Assembly: GCA_963666055.2 (NCBI GenBank)
Contig: CAXWPH010000015.1
Span: 1,472,001-1,536,000, forward strand
Source of the DNA: Acidobacteriota bacterium
GTDB lineage: Bacteria > Acidobacteriota > UBA890 > WLXD01
Reading direction: 5' to 3'
Length of the DNA stretch: 64,000 nucleotides
A program made the translations under genes and the position numbers. A model generated the notes under the pieces. It saw nothing but the letters and a program-made list of their open reading frames with translations. It had not been told where the DNA came from and searched no databases. Below are positions 10,188 through 19,536 of the stretch, one piece after another. Positions within the stretch are counted from its first letter, which is position 1; every line of letters starts with the position of its first letter.

Positions 10188-11654
10188 CTAGCGCCTTTCG
10201 AAGACGATGCCGCGCTCGGAGCCCGAGCTCAGGCCGAATCCGGTGACGTTGCCGGCACGGTTGCGGTCGAACTCCAGGCTCGCCGGCTGCGGCCCCGACA
10301 TTCCCTGATCGCGGAATCGGATCTCGAAGCGGTCATCGGCCACCGGCGTGACCTGTAGCGGCGGCTCCTGCTCGATGCGCACCACCAGGCCACCGTCGGC
10401 CACCGAGAAACGGTAGGTGGCGTCGAGCTCGGGCGCGAAGAAGGCACCAGCGTAATCTGCCAGCTGGTCGGATGTCAGAGCCGGTGGCGCGGAAGTCTCG
10501 GCGACAGCTTGCCGGCCGCTCGAGCGGTCGTCGTCGACCTCTTCGGGCCCCAGCCGATCAGCCAGGTAGTGGTCGGCGACACGCTGCGCGAAGCGCCCGG
10601 GGGTAGCGTCGTCGTCGTTGCACGAGACGGCGATCGACAGGCCGGGCTCGACGAAGCGCACGAGCTGCGTGCGGAATCCCCAGGAGCTGCCGCTGTGCCC
10701 CACCGTGCTCAGACCTCGGTAATCAGAGAGCACGAGTCCCTGCGCGTAGCCTACCGGATCGCCGTTGTTGAGGTGCCCCTCGGTGAGCATCAGTGGATGA
10801 ATGGCGGGCTTGTCGTCGCCATGCAGGTAGTCATCCCAGCGCAGCAGGTCCTCCATCGTTGCGTAGAGCTGTCCGTCGCCGGCGACGTCGAAGTTGTAGT
10901 TGTGCACGATGCGCAGGCGGCCCTGATCGTCGCGCGCATAGCCGGTGGCGCGGCGCGGGACGATCCTCTCGAGGTTCTCGTACATGAAGCTGCCTTCCAT
11001 TCCCAGCGGATCGAAGATGCGCTCCTGCGCCATCTCGCCCAGCGACTGGCCACCGGCGCGTTCGATCACCTGCGACAGCAGCATGAAGGCGGTATTGCTG
11101 TACTGGTAGCGCTCGCCGGGTTGGAAGATCAGGGCACGCTGTCGCGACATCATTGCCCGGATCTGCGCGTGCGAGATCGGGTAGTAGTCACCGCGCCCGG
11201 CGAGCGGAAACAGGTTCAGGTAATTACGCAGGCCGCTGGTGTGGTGCAGCATGTGCCGCAAGGTGATCGGCCACTCGTACTCGGGTAGCTCCGGAAGCCA
11301 CTTGCGGATGTTGTCGTCGAGCGACAGCTTTCCTTCCAGCGCCAGCATGCTGATGCCGGCGGCGGTGAACTGCTTGGTCACCGAGCCGACGTCGAAGACG
11401 GTCTGCGGCGTGTTTGGGATACCGTGGTCGAGGTTGGCGTAGCCATAGCCGCGGGAGTAGATGAGGTCGCCGTCTTGGGCAACCGCCAGCGCGCAGCCCG
11501 GTGATCCCGGCTGATCCCAGGAAGCGAACACGGCATCGACCGCGGCGTTGTCGGCCCCGGTCTCCGCACCGCGAGGCGGGTTGTCTTGGTTGGCGCAGCC
11601 GACGGCGAGCGCCAGGACTGATACGAGAGCTGCGAAGCGACGGCAGGGAATCAT
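10188..11654 (-). CDS. Serine hydrolase (beta-lactamase/peptidase S12-like) lipoprotein
   Basis: Lipobox LAVGC; GSVTK, HHTSG, YSN and HSGS motifs. Confidence 0.9.
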   Translation of the reverse strand: MIPCRRFAALVSVLALAVGCANQDNPPRGAETGADNAAVDAVFASWDQPGSPGCALAVAQDGDLIYSRGYGYANLDHGIPNTPQTVFDVGSVTKQFTAAGISMLALEGKLSLDDNIRKWLPELPEYEWPITLRHMLHHTSGLRNYLNLFPLAGRGDYYPISHAQIRAMMSRQRALIFQPGERYQYSNTAFMLLSQVIERAGGQSLGEMAQERIFDPLGMEGSFMYENLERIVPRRATGYARDDQGRLRIVHNYNFDVAGDGQLYATMEDLLRWDDYLHGDDKPAIHPLMLTEGHLNNGDPVGYAQGLVLSDYRGLSTVGHSGSSWGFRTQLVRFVEPGLSIAVSCNDDDATPGRFAQRVADHYLADRLGPEEVDDDRSSGRQAVAETSAPPALTSDQLADYAGAFFAPELDATYRFSVADGGLVVRIEQEPPLQVTPVADDRFEIRFRDQGMSGPQPASLEFDRNRAGNVTGFGLSSGSERGIVFERR

Positions 11655-11658
11655 TGGT

Positions 11659-12945
11659 CTACTCGATCAACGCCTGGTAGGTGAGGATGCGGATCTCGGC
11701 GCGGAGCGGGTAACGATCCGACGGCGATATCTGGGTCAGCAGCAACCCGACGAGCTCCTCGGTTCGGTCTACCCAGAAATAGGTACTGCGAGCGCCGCCC
11801 CAGGAGAACGAGCCGGCGGAGCCCGGCAACGACGACTGCGCCACGTCGGTGATCACCGCGCCGGTGAGCCCGTAGCCTACACCGCGCGGGCTCGACTGCA
11901 ACGAGCTGGCCATAGCCGCCATCGGCTCTGGGCCGAGCTCGGGGTCGAGGTGGTTCATCATCATCAAATCGACGGTTTTGCGGCCAAGAATACGCACCCC
12001 GTCAAGCTCACCGCTGTTGGCGAGCATCTGAGCGAAACGAAGGTAGTCGGCAGCGGTCGACACCGAGCCACTGCCGCCGTAGGGCACGCGGTCCGGATCA
12101 TGAATCCCCGGTCGGCTCGGCGCCCGCTCCATGCCGCGCTCCGGGGTAGCCCGGTAGCTGGCGGCCAGCCGGTCGGCGTGCTGCTCGGGAACGTGGAACG
12201 CCGTGTCGGTCATTCCGAGCGGCTCGAAGACCCGCTCGGCCAGGAACTCATCGAACGGCTGGCCCGACAGCACCTCCACCAATCTCCCCAGGACGTCCTG
12301 CGAGATGCTGTAGAACCACTTGCTGCCTGGCTGGTGCGCCAGCGGGATCGAAGCGACACGCTCGACGAAATCCGCTAGCGACGGCGCTGCGAACAGCTGC
12401 GCTTGACCGTACAGCTCGCCCACCGGAGTGTCGTTGCCGCCATAGATCAGGCCGGAGGTGTGGGTCAACAGATCCTCCACCGTCATCTCACGGTTGGTTG
12501 GCTCGGTCTGCGGGCTGGCGGCGGTGCCGCCCACCCACACCTCGAGGTCGGCGAACTCCGGCAGGTATTGGGAGACGGGGTCGGTGAGCAGGAAGCGACC
12601 CTCCTCGTAAAGGATCATCATCGCCACGCCGGTCATCGGCTTGGTCATCGACGCCATGCGGAAGATGGTGTCGGCACGCAGCGGCTTGCCCTCCTCGACG
12701 TCCATCATGCCGACCTGGTCGAAGTGCACCAGCTTGCCGCGGCGGGCGACGGCGGTGATGACACCGGGAAGAGTGCCGGCGTCGACGTAGCGTTGCATCG
12801 CTGGCCGGATGCGCGCCAGGCGCTCGCTCGACATGCCCACCTCTTCGGGAACGGCGCGCGGCAAGCCTTGCGCCGAAGCGGTGAGCGTTGCGCCGGCCAC
12901 CAATAGCGTCGTCGCCGTCGTGATGACGGAGATCTGTTTCTTCAT
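11659..12945 (-). CDS. Exported serine hydrolase (beta-lactamase class C-like)
   Basis: MKKQIS signal peptide after GAGGA; ASMTK, LLTHTSG and WFYS; paralog of 4892..6166. Confidence 0.9.
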   Translation of the reverse strand: MKKQISVITTATTLLVAGATLTASAQGLPRAVPEEVGMSSERLARIRPAMQRYVDAGTLPGVITAVARRGKLVHFDQVGMMDVEEGKPLRADTIFRMASMTKPMTGVAMMILYEEGRFLLTDPVSQYLPEFADLEVWVGGTAASPQTEPTNREMTVEDLLTHTSGLIYGGNDTPVGELYGQAQLFAAPSLADFVERVASIPLAHQPGSKWFYSISQDVLGRLVEVLSGQPFDEFLAERVFEPLGMTDTAFHVPEQHADRLAASYRATPERGMERAPSRPGIHDPDRVPYGGSGSVSTAADYLRFAQMLANSGELDGVRILGRKTVDLMMMNHLDPELGPEPMAAMASSLQSSPRGVGYGLTGAVITDVAQSSLPGSAGSFSWGGARSTYFWVDRTEELVGLLLTQISPSDRYPLRAEIRILTYQALIE

Positions 12946-12992
12946 CCGGTTCCTCCGGCAAACACGGCGGTCTACTCGCCGTGTAACGCTGT

Positions 12993-13070
12993 CTAGTCGC
13001 CTCTGAGAAGTTCCATCGGGTCGCTGTGTAGGGCTCGCCAGGGCGGTGATTCCGATTGCCAGCAACGAAC
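12993..13070 (-). pseudogene. Possible relic 3' end of an ABC permease (MacB/ADOP type)
   Basis: Minus strand reads SLLAIGI, then after a frame change WRALHSDPMELLRGD*, resembling the PARRA..DPM..LR.E* terminus. Confidence 0.45.
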
Positions 13071-13192
13071 GCCACGGATGCCCCCGGGGTGCGTCGCTTG
13101 AACTCTATCGTAGTGCTCGGCACCATAGCCCAGCTCGGCGTACGCTCTGCCCGTTGGTGGCGTGTCTTTCCGCTTCTGGTGAGGAGTTGATC

Positions 13193-14788
13193 ATGCGTCC
13201 TTCCGTGTCCCGAATCACCATCGTGGTCTCGGCGATTGCAGTCGTCGCCTGCGCGCCGTCGATCGACTCACCGGGCGCCGGCAACGATGTTCGCGAGATC
13301 GACCTCGACGTGCTCCGCGACAAGGTACGCGGTGGCTGGGCCGGCCAGATGATCGGCGTCAGCTACGGCGCACCGACGGAGTTCCGCTACCTGGAGAGGC
13401 TCATTCCCGAGGCCGACTTGCCGGAGTGGACCCCCGAGATGGTGCGCGGCGCGCTCGATCAGGACGACCTGTACGTCGAGATGACCTTCGCGCAGGTGCT
13501 CGACGAGGTCGGTCTCGATGCCACCACCGACGACTTCGGCGCCATGTTTCGCGAGGCCGACTACCGCCTCTGGCACGCCAATCTGAGCGCCCGTCGGGCT
13601 CTGCGGCGTGGCGTACCGGCCACCGAGTCCGGCACGCCCCGGTACAACGCCCACGCCAACGACATCGACTTCCAGATCGAGGCCGACTTCGTTGGTCTGA
13701 TGACCCCGGGAATGCCGGTCGCTGGCGTCGAGTTGTGCTGGCGCGCCGGCCGGGTGATGAACTACGGCGATGGCATCTATGGCGGCATGTTCATCACCGG
13801 CATGTACTCGGCGGCGTACTTCGAAACCGACATGCGCGCCGTGGTCGAGGCCGGCCTGGCGACGTTGCCGGCCGAAAGCCCCTACGCCATGGTGATCTCC
13901 GACGTTTTGGCTTGGTATCAAGAGCATCCGGACGACTGGGAGGCTGTCTGGCAGCTGATCGAGGACAAGTGGAACGATCGCGAGCCCTGCCCGGCCGGCG
14001 CCATCCGTCCGTTCAACATCGACGCCAAGCTCAACGGCGCCTATATCGCGCTCGGGCTTCTGTACGGCGGGGGCGACCTCGAGCGCACCCTCGAGGTGTC
14101 GACGCGTGCCGGGCAGGATTCCGACTGCAACCCGTCGAATGCGCTCGGTGTTCTCGGCGTGATGCTCGGGTATGATGCGTTGCCGACGCGCTGGACCGGT
14201 GGTATCCCCGCCATCGCCGACGAGAAGTTCTCGTACACCGAGCACTCCTTCAACAGCATCGTCGACAGCACCATCCAGCGCGCCATCGCCATGGCCGAGC
14301 GCCACGGCGGAGGCATGGAAGGCGACTCGCTGCGCGTACCGATGCAGCAGGCGGAAGCCGCCGAGCTCGTAGTATGGGATGACTACGGCAGCCCGGTCGA
14401 GCGCATCGACACCGACGATGCGCGCTTCAGCTTCACTGGCGCGTGGGAACGCGAGCAGCGCACGTCGCGGCGCGCCGGTGACTGGTTCTTCCGCGCGTCG
14501 GCGTCGCAGGGGGCCGAGCTGACGGTGACCTTCGAGGGCACCGGAGCCATCCTCACGGGCCCCTGGCTCCCCGACGGAGGCGTGGCCGACGTGTACCTCG
14601 ACGACCAGCCCGTACGCACCATCGACGTGTATTCCGACGAGGAAAGCGCCAAGAGCTCCGAGACCGTCTGGCACGCCTTCGGGCTCGATGACGGAAGCCA
14701 CACGGTACGGCTGGTAGTACGCGGCGAGCCCTACGGTGAGTCGGCCGGCGCCCAGGTAGTGATCGACGACCTGGTGGTCTTCCGGTGA
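13193..14788 (+). CDS. ADP-ribosylglycohydrolase-family lipoprotein with C-terminal beta-sandwich domain
   Basis: DKVRGGWAGQMIGV, DQDDLYVE, YGDGIYGG and GQDSDCN; GAGGAG RBS; VVAC lipobox-like. Confidence 0.82.
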   Translation: MRPSVSRITIVVSAIAVVACAPSIDSPGAGNDVREIDLDVLRDKVRGGWAGQMIGVSYGAPTEFRYLERLIPEADLPEWTPEMVRGALDQDDLYVEMTFAQVLDEVGLDATTDDFGAMFREADYRLWHANLSARRALRRGVPATESGTPRYNAHANDIDFQIEADFVGLMTPGMPVAGVELCWRAGRVMNYGDGIYGGMFITGMYSAAYFETDMRAVVEAGLATLPAESPYAMVISDVLAWYQEHPDDWEAVWQLIEDKWNDREPCPAGAIRPFNIDAKLNGAYIALGLLYGGGDLERTLEVSTRAGQDSDCNPSNALGVLGVMLGYDALPTRWTGGIPAIADEKFSYTEHSFNSIVDSTIQRAIAMAERHGGGMEGDSLRVPMQQAEAAELVVWDDYGSPVERIDTDDARFSFTGAWEREQRTSRRAGDWFFRASASQGAELTVTFEGTGAILTGPWLPDGGVADVYLDDQPVRTIDVYSDEESAKSSETVWHAFGLDDGSHTVRLVVRGEPYGESAGAQVVIDDLVVFR

Positions 14789-15267
14789 GCGTTGGTCGTT
14801 GGTTGCGAAATCGCCCCCGCGCGCTCGAGTGGTCGTATCGGCTGATGCTGGCGCTCATGAAGCCGGCTCGCGGCCTGGCCTCGGGCGGCGAGCTGCGCTG
14901 GCTCGATCGGCTGCTGCGCCCGGTCGAGCGCCTGAGCAAGGGGCTGGTCTTCGACTGCCGCATGTGCGGGCAGTGCGTGCTGCACTCCACCGGCATGACC
15001 TGCCCGATGAGCTGCCCCAAGAACCTGCGCAACGGGCCCTGCGGCGGGGTGCGTCTGAACGGCAACTGCGAGGTGCTTCCCGATGAGCCCTGCATATGGG
15101 TGGAGGCCTGGGAGCGCTCCAAGAAGATGGCGCACTACGGTCCCGCCATCCACGAGCTGCGGCCGCCTCTGGACTGGGCCCGGCAGGGGAGCGCTGCGTG
15201 GGTCAACGAGATGAAGGGGATGGGCGAGCCCGAGCCTGAGGGCTGGTCGTCCCGGGCACAGCGGTGA
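14785..15267 (+). CDS. metV: Methylene-THF reductase small Cys-rich subunit (MetV/MTHFR_C)
   Basis: FDCRMCGQCVL..TCPMSCPKNLRNGPCGG..CEV..CIW, directly upstream of metF. Confidence 0.88.
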   Translation: MSVGRWLRNRPRALEWSYRLMLALMKPARGLASGGELRWLDRLLRPVERLSKGLVFDCRMCGQCVLHSTGMTCPMSCPKNLRNGPCGGVRLNGNCEVLPDEPCIWVEAWERSKKMAHYGPAIHELRPPLDWARQGSAAWVNEMKGMGEPEPEGWSSRAQR

Positions 15268-15339
15268 GTAAGAGCGATGAGCACTGGCAATGAGCATTTG
15301 GGCAGTGAGCACCGGACAATGAGCACTGAGCAATGAGCC
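15265..15339 (+). repeat. Degenerate heptamer tandem repeat (TGAGCAN)
   Basis: TGAGCA at 15278, 15291, 15306, 15320 and 15327, plus TGAGCC at 15334, filling the metV-metF spacer. Confidence 0.8.
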
Positions 15340-16244
15340 GCGTGAGCTTCGAGGAGCGACTGCGGTCTGGCAAGTTCTGCGTCACCGCCGAGCTGAGCCC
15401 GCGCGACAGCGCCGACCCCGAGGTCGTCCTGGCGCCGGCCCGCACACTCGCCGCCGTCGTCGACGCCATCAACGTGCCCGATTCCACCGGCGCCAACGTG
15501 CACATGTCGCCGCTGGCCTGCTCGATCATGCTGCACCATGCCGGGATGGAGCCGATCATGCAGCTGGGCTGCCGCGATCGGAACCGCATCGGCCTGCAGG
15601 GTGACCTACTTGGAGCGGCGGCCAGCGGCATCCGTAACGTCTTCCTGATTACCGGCGATGACACCAGCGTCGGCAATCAGCCGGACGCCAAGCGCGTGTT
15701 CGACCTCGACTCGGCGCAGCTGCTGCACACCGCCGAAATGATGTGCGACCAGGGGCAGTTCCTGAACGCTACTCGGCTCGATCCGCCGCCGAGCTTCTTC
15801 ATCGGCGCCGCCGCCAACCCGTTCGTTCCTCCGTACGACTGGCGCCCGCACCGCCTCGGCAAGAAGGTCGAGGCCGGCGCGCGCTTCATTCAGACGCAGT
15901 TCTGCTTCGACGTTCCGCGCTTCGTGAGCTTCATGGAGCGAGTGCGCGATCTCGGTCTGCACGAGCGCGCCTTCATTCTGGCCGGGGTAGGGCCGTTGCC
16001 CTCGGCGCGAGTGGCGGACATCATCCGCACCCGCGTTCCCGGCGTGGTCATCCCGGATGCCATCGTCGACCGCATGGCCGGTGTGCCCGAAGCGGATCAG
16101 GGAGAGGAGGGCATGAAGATCTGTCTGGAGATCATCGAGCAGGTCCGACAGATCGAGGGTGTGGCCGGAGTTCATCTGATGGCGCACCGGCGCGAGAATC
16201 TGGTTGCTGAGGCCGTGCAACGAGCCGGGCTGCAAGACGAGTAG
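15333..16244 (+). CDS. metF: Methylenetetrahydrofolate reductase
   Basis: VDAINVPD, CRDRNRIGLQGDLLGA, ITGDD and KKVEAGARFIQTQ. Confidence 0.92.
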   Translation: MSRVSFEERLRSGKFCVTAELSPRDSADPEVVLAPARTLAAVVDAINVPDSTGANVHMSPLACSIMLHHAGMEPIMQLGCRDRNRIGLQGDLLGAAASGIRNVFLITGDDTSVGNQPDAKRVFDLDSAQLLHTAEMMCDQGQFLNATRLDPPPSFFIGAAANPFVPPYDWRPHRLGKKVEAGARFIQTQFCFDVPRFVSFMERVRDLGLHERAFILAGVGPLPSARVADIIRTRVPGVVIPDAIVDRMAGVPEADQGEEGMKICLEIIEQVRQIEGVAGVHLMAHRRENLVAEAVQRAGLQDE

Positions 16245-16252
16245 GAGGCACC

Positions 16253-17185
16253 GTGGCCGCGAAGATCGTCGTCGTCGGAAGCTTCAATACCGATCTGACT
16301 GCCTACGTGCAGCGCATGCCGCGGCCCGGTGAGACCGTCGCCGGCGACCGCTTCGTCACCGGCCCTGGCGGCAAGGGCTCCAACCAGGCAGTGGCGGCGG
16401 CGCGGCTCGGCGCCGAAGTCACCTTCGTCGGCCGCATCGGCGACGACGTGTTCGCCTCGGTGGGGCTCGATTTGTGGCGCGCCGAGGGCATCAACGCCGA
16501 CCACGTGGTGCAGGACCCGGATGTCGCCACCGGCGTGGCGCCGATCGTGGTCGACGCCACCGGCGAGAACAGCATCTGTGTGATCCTGGGGGCAAACTTG
16601 CGCATCAGCACCGACGACATCGATGTGGCGGCCGAGGTTATTGCCAGCGCCGACGTCCTGCTGACCCAGCTGGAGACCAATCACGACGCGGTGGTCCGAG
16701 CGCTCGAGGTGGCCCGCCGCGCGGGCGTGCGGACCATCCTCAACCCGGCACCGGCGAGCGTATTGCCGCAGGAAACGCTAGCGCTTGCCGACTACTTGAC
16801 GCCGAACGAGATCGAGTTGGAGGTCATCAGTGGCCTCGAGGGTGGATCTGTCGACGAGGCCATCGCCGCCGTGCGCACCGACGAGGAGCAGGTGGTGGTG
16901 GTGACGTTGGGTTCGAAGGGTGCGCGCTACGTGCGGCCACCGGGAGAGGGTCCCGATGACGGCGTCATCGACGGATTCGAGGTCGATGTCGTCGATACGA
17001 GCGGTGCCGGCGACGCATTCAATGCCGGCCTCGCCGTCGCTCTCGCCGAGGAGCGCGATTTGCCGGACGCGATCCGCTTTGCCAACGCGACCGCGGCGCT
17101 CAGCGTCACCAAGCCGGGCACTGCGGCGTCGATGCCGAGGCGTGAAGAGGTGGAGTCGCTGCTGCACGACTCCAGGGAGCGCTGA
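16253..17185 (+). CDS. rbsK: Ribokinase (PfkB family)
   Basis: GSFNTD, GGKGSNQAVA, LNPAP, TPNE and DTSGAGDAF; AGGAGG RBS. Confidence 0.92.
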   Translation: MAAKIVVVGSFNTDLTAYVQRMPRPGETVAGDRFVTGPGGKGSNQAVAAARLGAEVTFVGRIGDDVFASVGLDLWRAEGINADHVVQDPDVATGVAPIVVDATGENSICVILGANLRISTDDIDVAAEVIASADVLLTQLETNHDAVVRALEVARRAGVRTILNPAPASVLPQETLALADYLTPNEIELEVISGLEGGSVDEAIAAVRTDEEQVVVVTLGSKGARYVRPPGEGPDDGVIDGFEVDVVDTSGAGDAFNAGLAVALAEERDLPDAIRFANATAALSVTKPGTAASMPRREEVESLLHDSRER

Positions 17186-17340
17186 TACTGCTGAGGCAGC
17201 CGCCCCATCCGCTCAATCGTTCACAGTGCGCGGTGTCGCTGTTTGAATAGGATCCACCGTAGGCGTTGCAAGGTACGCGACGCGAGATCGAGATTGCGGC
17301 TTCGTCGAGCCTGAACCAATCGCTCATCGGGAGCGTGCAC

Positions 17341-18573
17341 GTGTCATCGTCGGACCTGATACCCCTGGAACCCGTAGAAGGCAGCAGGTCGCTCGCTTTG
17401 GAATCCGGAGAGACCTGGCCGATCTTTGCCCCAGACGAGATCGCTGCCGTAGCCGAGGTCCTGAGGTCGGGAGAGGTCAATCAATGGACCGGGACGACGG
17501 TCCACGAGTTCGAGAAAGCGTTTGTACGCTATGTAGGCGCCGAGTATGGCCTCGCGGTCGCCAATGGCTCAGTGGCCTTGGAACTGTGTCTGCGGGCGCT
17601 CGACATTGGTCCGGGGGACGAAGTGGTCGTCTCCCCACGCTCATTTGTCGCCTCTGCTCACTGCGTCAGAATGGTCGGTGCGTCACCCGTCTTTGCCGAC
17701 GTTGATCTCGATTCCGGAAACATCACCGCCGCTGCGGTCGCCGCGGTGCTCACCCTGCGGAGTCGGGCGATTCTTCCGGTTCACGTTGGCGGCTGGCCGG
17801 CGGATATGCCGGCGATCATGGCGCTCGCCGACCAGCACGGGCTCAAGGTGGTGGAAGATTGCGCCCAGGCCCAGGGCGCGAGCATTGCTGGTCGCCACGT
17901 CGGTAGCTTCGGCGATGCCGGGGCGTTTTCTTTTTGTCAGGACAAGATCATGTCGACGGGCGGCGAAGGTGGGTTCGCCGTGTTCCGCGATGAAACTGCT
18001 TGGCAATGGGCCTGCTCGTTCAAGGATCACGGTAGGAAGCTGAGCCGAACCGACAATCAGTCGGCTGGGGTACCGGGCAGGTTTCGTTTCGAGATCGACA
18101 GGATTGGCACGAACTGGAGATTGACGGCAATGCAGGCGGCGATCGGTCTCGTCCAGCTTGGAAAACTCGAAGAGTGGAACGCGTTGCGGACGCGCAACGC
18201 GTCGGTCTGGGCGGCAGCTTTGAGCGGCACGGGTGACGTCCGTGTTCCCCAGGTCGAGCCACCGTTCCGGCACGCTTTCTACAAGTTCCATTTCTATATC
18301 AACCGGACCGGAATCTGCGCAACAAGAGCAGTCGACCATATCCTCATGATGGCCGATGCTGCTGGCCTGCGGGTTTTCTCGGGGGGCTGCTCGGAGATAT
18401 ACCGAGAGCGAGCCTACGCTGACCTCGGCTCGCAAGCCCTGCCGCATGCCAGAGCCCTTGGCGAGACCGCATTGATGATGGAAGTGCACCCGACCCTCAG
18501 ACTCGGCCGTTTGAGGTGCCGGGCACGGGCATTGCGCGACATCGTGCGCGCAGCCCTGTCGGACCCGGGATGA
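17341..18573 (+). CDS. DegT/DnrJ/EryC1/StrS nucleotide-sugar aminotransferase
   Basis: ANGSVALE, EDCAQAQG, FSFCQDKIMSTGGEGG and GTNWRL; start uncertain. Confidence 0.9.
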   Translation: MSSSDLIPLEPVEGSRSLALESGETWPIFAPDEIAAVAEVLRSGEVNQWTGTTVHEFEKAFVRYVGAEYGLAVANGSVALELCLRALDIGPGDEVVVSPRSFVASAHCVRMVGASPVFADVDLDSGNITAAAVAAVLTLRSRAILPVHVGGWPADMPAIMALADQHGLKVVEDCAQAQGASIAGRHVGSFGDAGAFSFCQDKIMSTGGEGGFAVFRDETAWQWACSFKDHGRKLSRTDNQSAGVPGRFRFEIDRIGTNWRLTAMQAAIGLVQLGKLEEWNALRTRNASVWAAALSGTGDVRVPQVEPPFRHAFYKFHFYINRTGICATRAVDHILMMADAAGLRVFSGGCSEIYRERAYADLGSQALPHARALGETALMMEVHPTLRLGRLRCRARALRDIVRAALSDPG

Positions 18574-18672
18574 CCCAAGGTGTATGGGCAGGAGGTGGCT
18601 GAAATGCACACCCGCCTCGACTTCAGCGGGCGCCCATACCAATAGAGCGGCCAGCGTCTAGTATTGGCGTCT

Positions 18673-19212
18673 ATGGCCGAGTCGCGGAGCATTCTCGTCG
18701 TGTGCTACGGGAACCTCTGCCGCAGCCCCATGGCCGAGGGCCTGTTGCGTCATCACCTGCCGGCAGAGTTCGCGGTTCGCTCGGCGGGCACGCATGCCTT
18801 CGGTGGCGAGCCTCCCACCAGCACGGCGCAGGAGGTGATGAAGCGTGACGCCGGGATCGAGATCCACGATCAGCGCTCCAGTGAGCTCACCGTCGCGTCC
18901 ATCGAGTGGGCCGACCATATTTTCACCATGTCGACCCAGCAGGCCCAGCTCGTCGCCGCGCTCGATCCCCGCGCCAGCGTTCGGACGCGCCTGTTCGGTG
19001 CCTTCGCCCCGGCCACCAGCTTCAGTGGGTTCAGCGCCGATCCGAGGGGATCCGAAGCGGGCCTGCTCGAGGTGCCCGATCCGACGGGCGGCGCCTATGG
19101 CGATTACCTGGAGTGCATGCGGCGGTTGGAGGAGGCTGCGGACCGCTGCGCGGCGTGGCTGATTGCTGGGGCTGACCCGGCGGCAGCGCCCCCAACGGTC
19201 GTGCAGGCGTGA
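18673..19212 (+). CDS. Low-molecular-weight protein tyrosine phosphatase (Wzb-like)
   Basis: VCYGNLCRSPMAEG P-loop and VPDP motif. Confidence 0.9.
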   Translation: MAESRSILVVCYGNLCRSPMAEGLLRHHLPAEFAVRSAGTHAFGGEPPTSTAQEVMKRDAGIEIHDQRSSELTVASIEWADHIFTMSTQQAQLVAALDPRASVRTRLFGAFAPATSFSGFSADPRGSEAGLLEVPDPTGGAYGDYLECMRRLEEAADRCAAWLIAGADPAAAPPTVVQA

Positions 19213-19527
19213 TCGAGGTCGAGGTCGTCAACTACTGCAACATGGCATCCTTGGCCGACGTCGCCATCGAGCTCGTCAACGTCGATACTGCGGATCTGCT
19301 TGGGCGATCTCGCCCTGCAGCTTGGCGACCTCAGCCGGACGAGACACCCGAAGGTCTTCGCCGGCAGGCTTCAGCCACGCTCGCATGCGCAGCTCGACGT
19401 CGCACTGGCCCGACTTGCTTGGCTGGCAGAGAACAACGATGGCGACGGGATTCGCCAGTTCTTGAGCGACTTCCTGCCGGAGGCCCAGCTCGCGCTGAGC
19501 TCCGACGAGCGAATCTCCGCACGCTAG
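19209..19527 (+). pseudogene. Internally deleted relic of a CapD/PglF/WbpM-type nucleotide-sugar dehydratase
   Basis: One frame ends VDTADLLGR (the EDLLGR motif before the catalytic domain). Another frame gives TRHPKVF...IRQFLSDFLPEA, like the family C-terminus. The catalytic core is absent. Confidence 0.6.
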
Positions 19528-19536
19528 CTTCTCGAG

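Noticed and set aside
4892-12945. Beta-lactamase resistance cluster
   Set aside because: SxxK serine hydrolases of this type are usually esterases or peptidases; resistance cannot be inferred from motifs.
15265-15339. CRISPR array
   Set aside because: Only 7-nt degenerate units, with no spacers and no cas genes.
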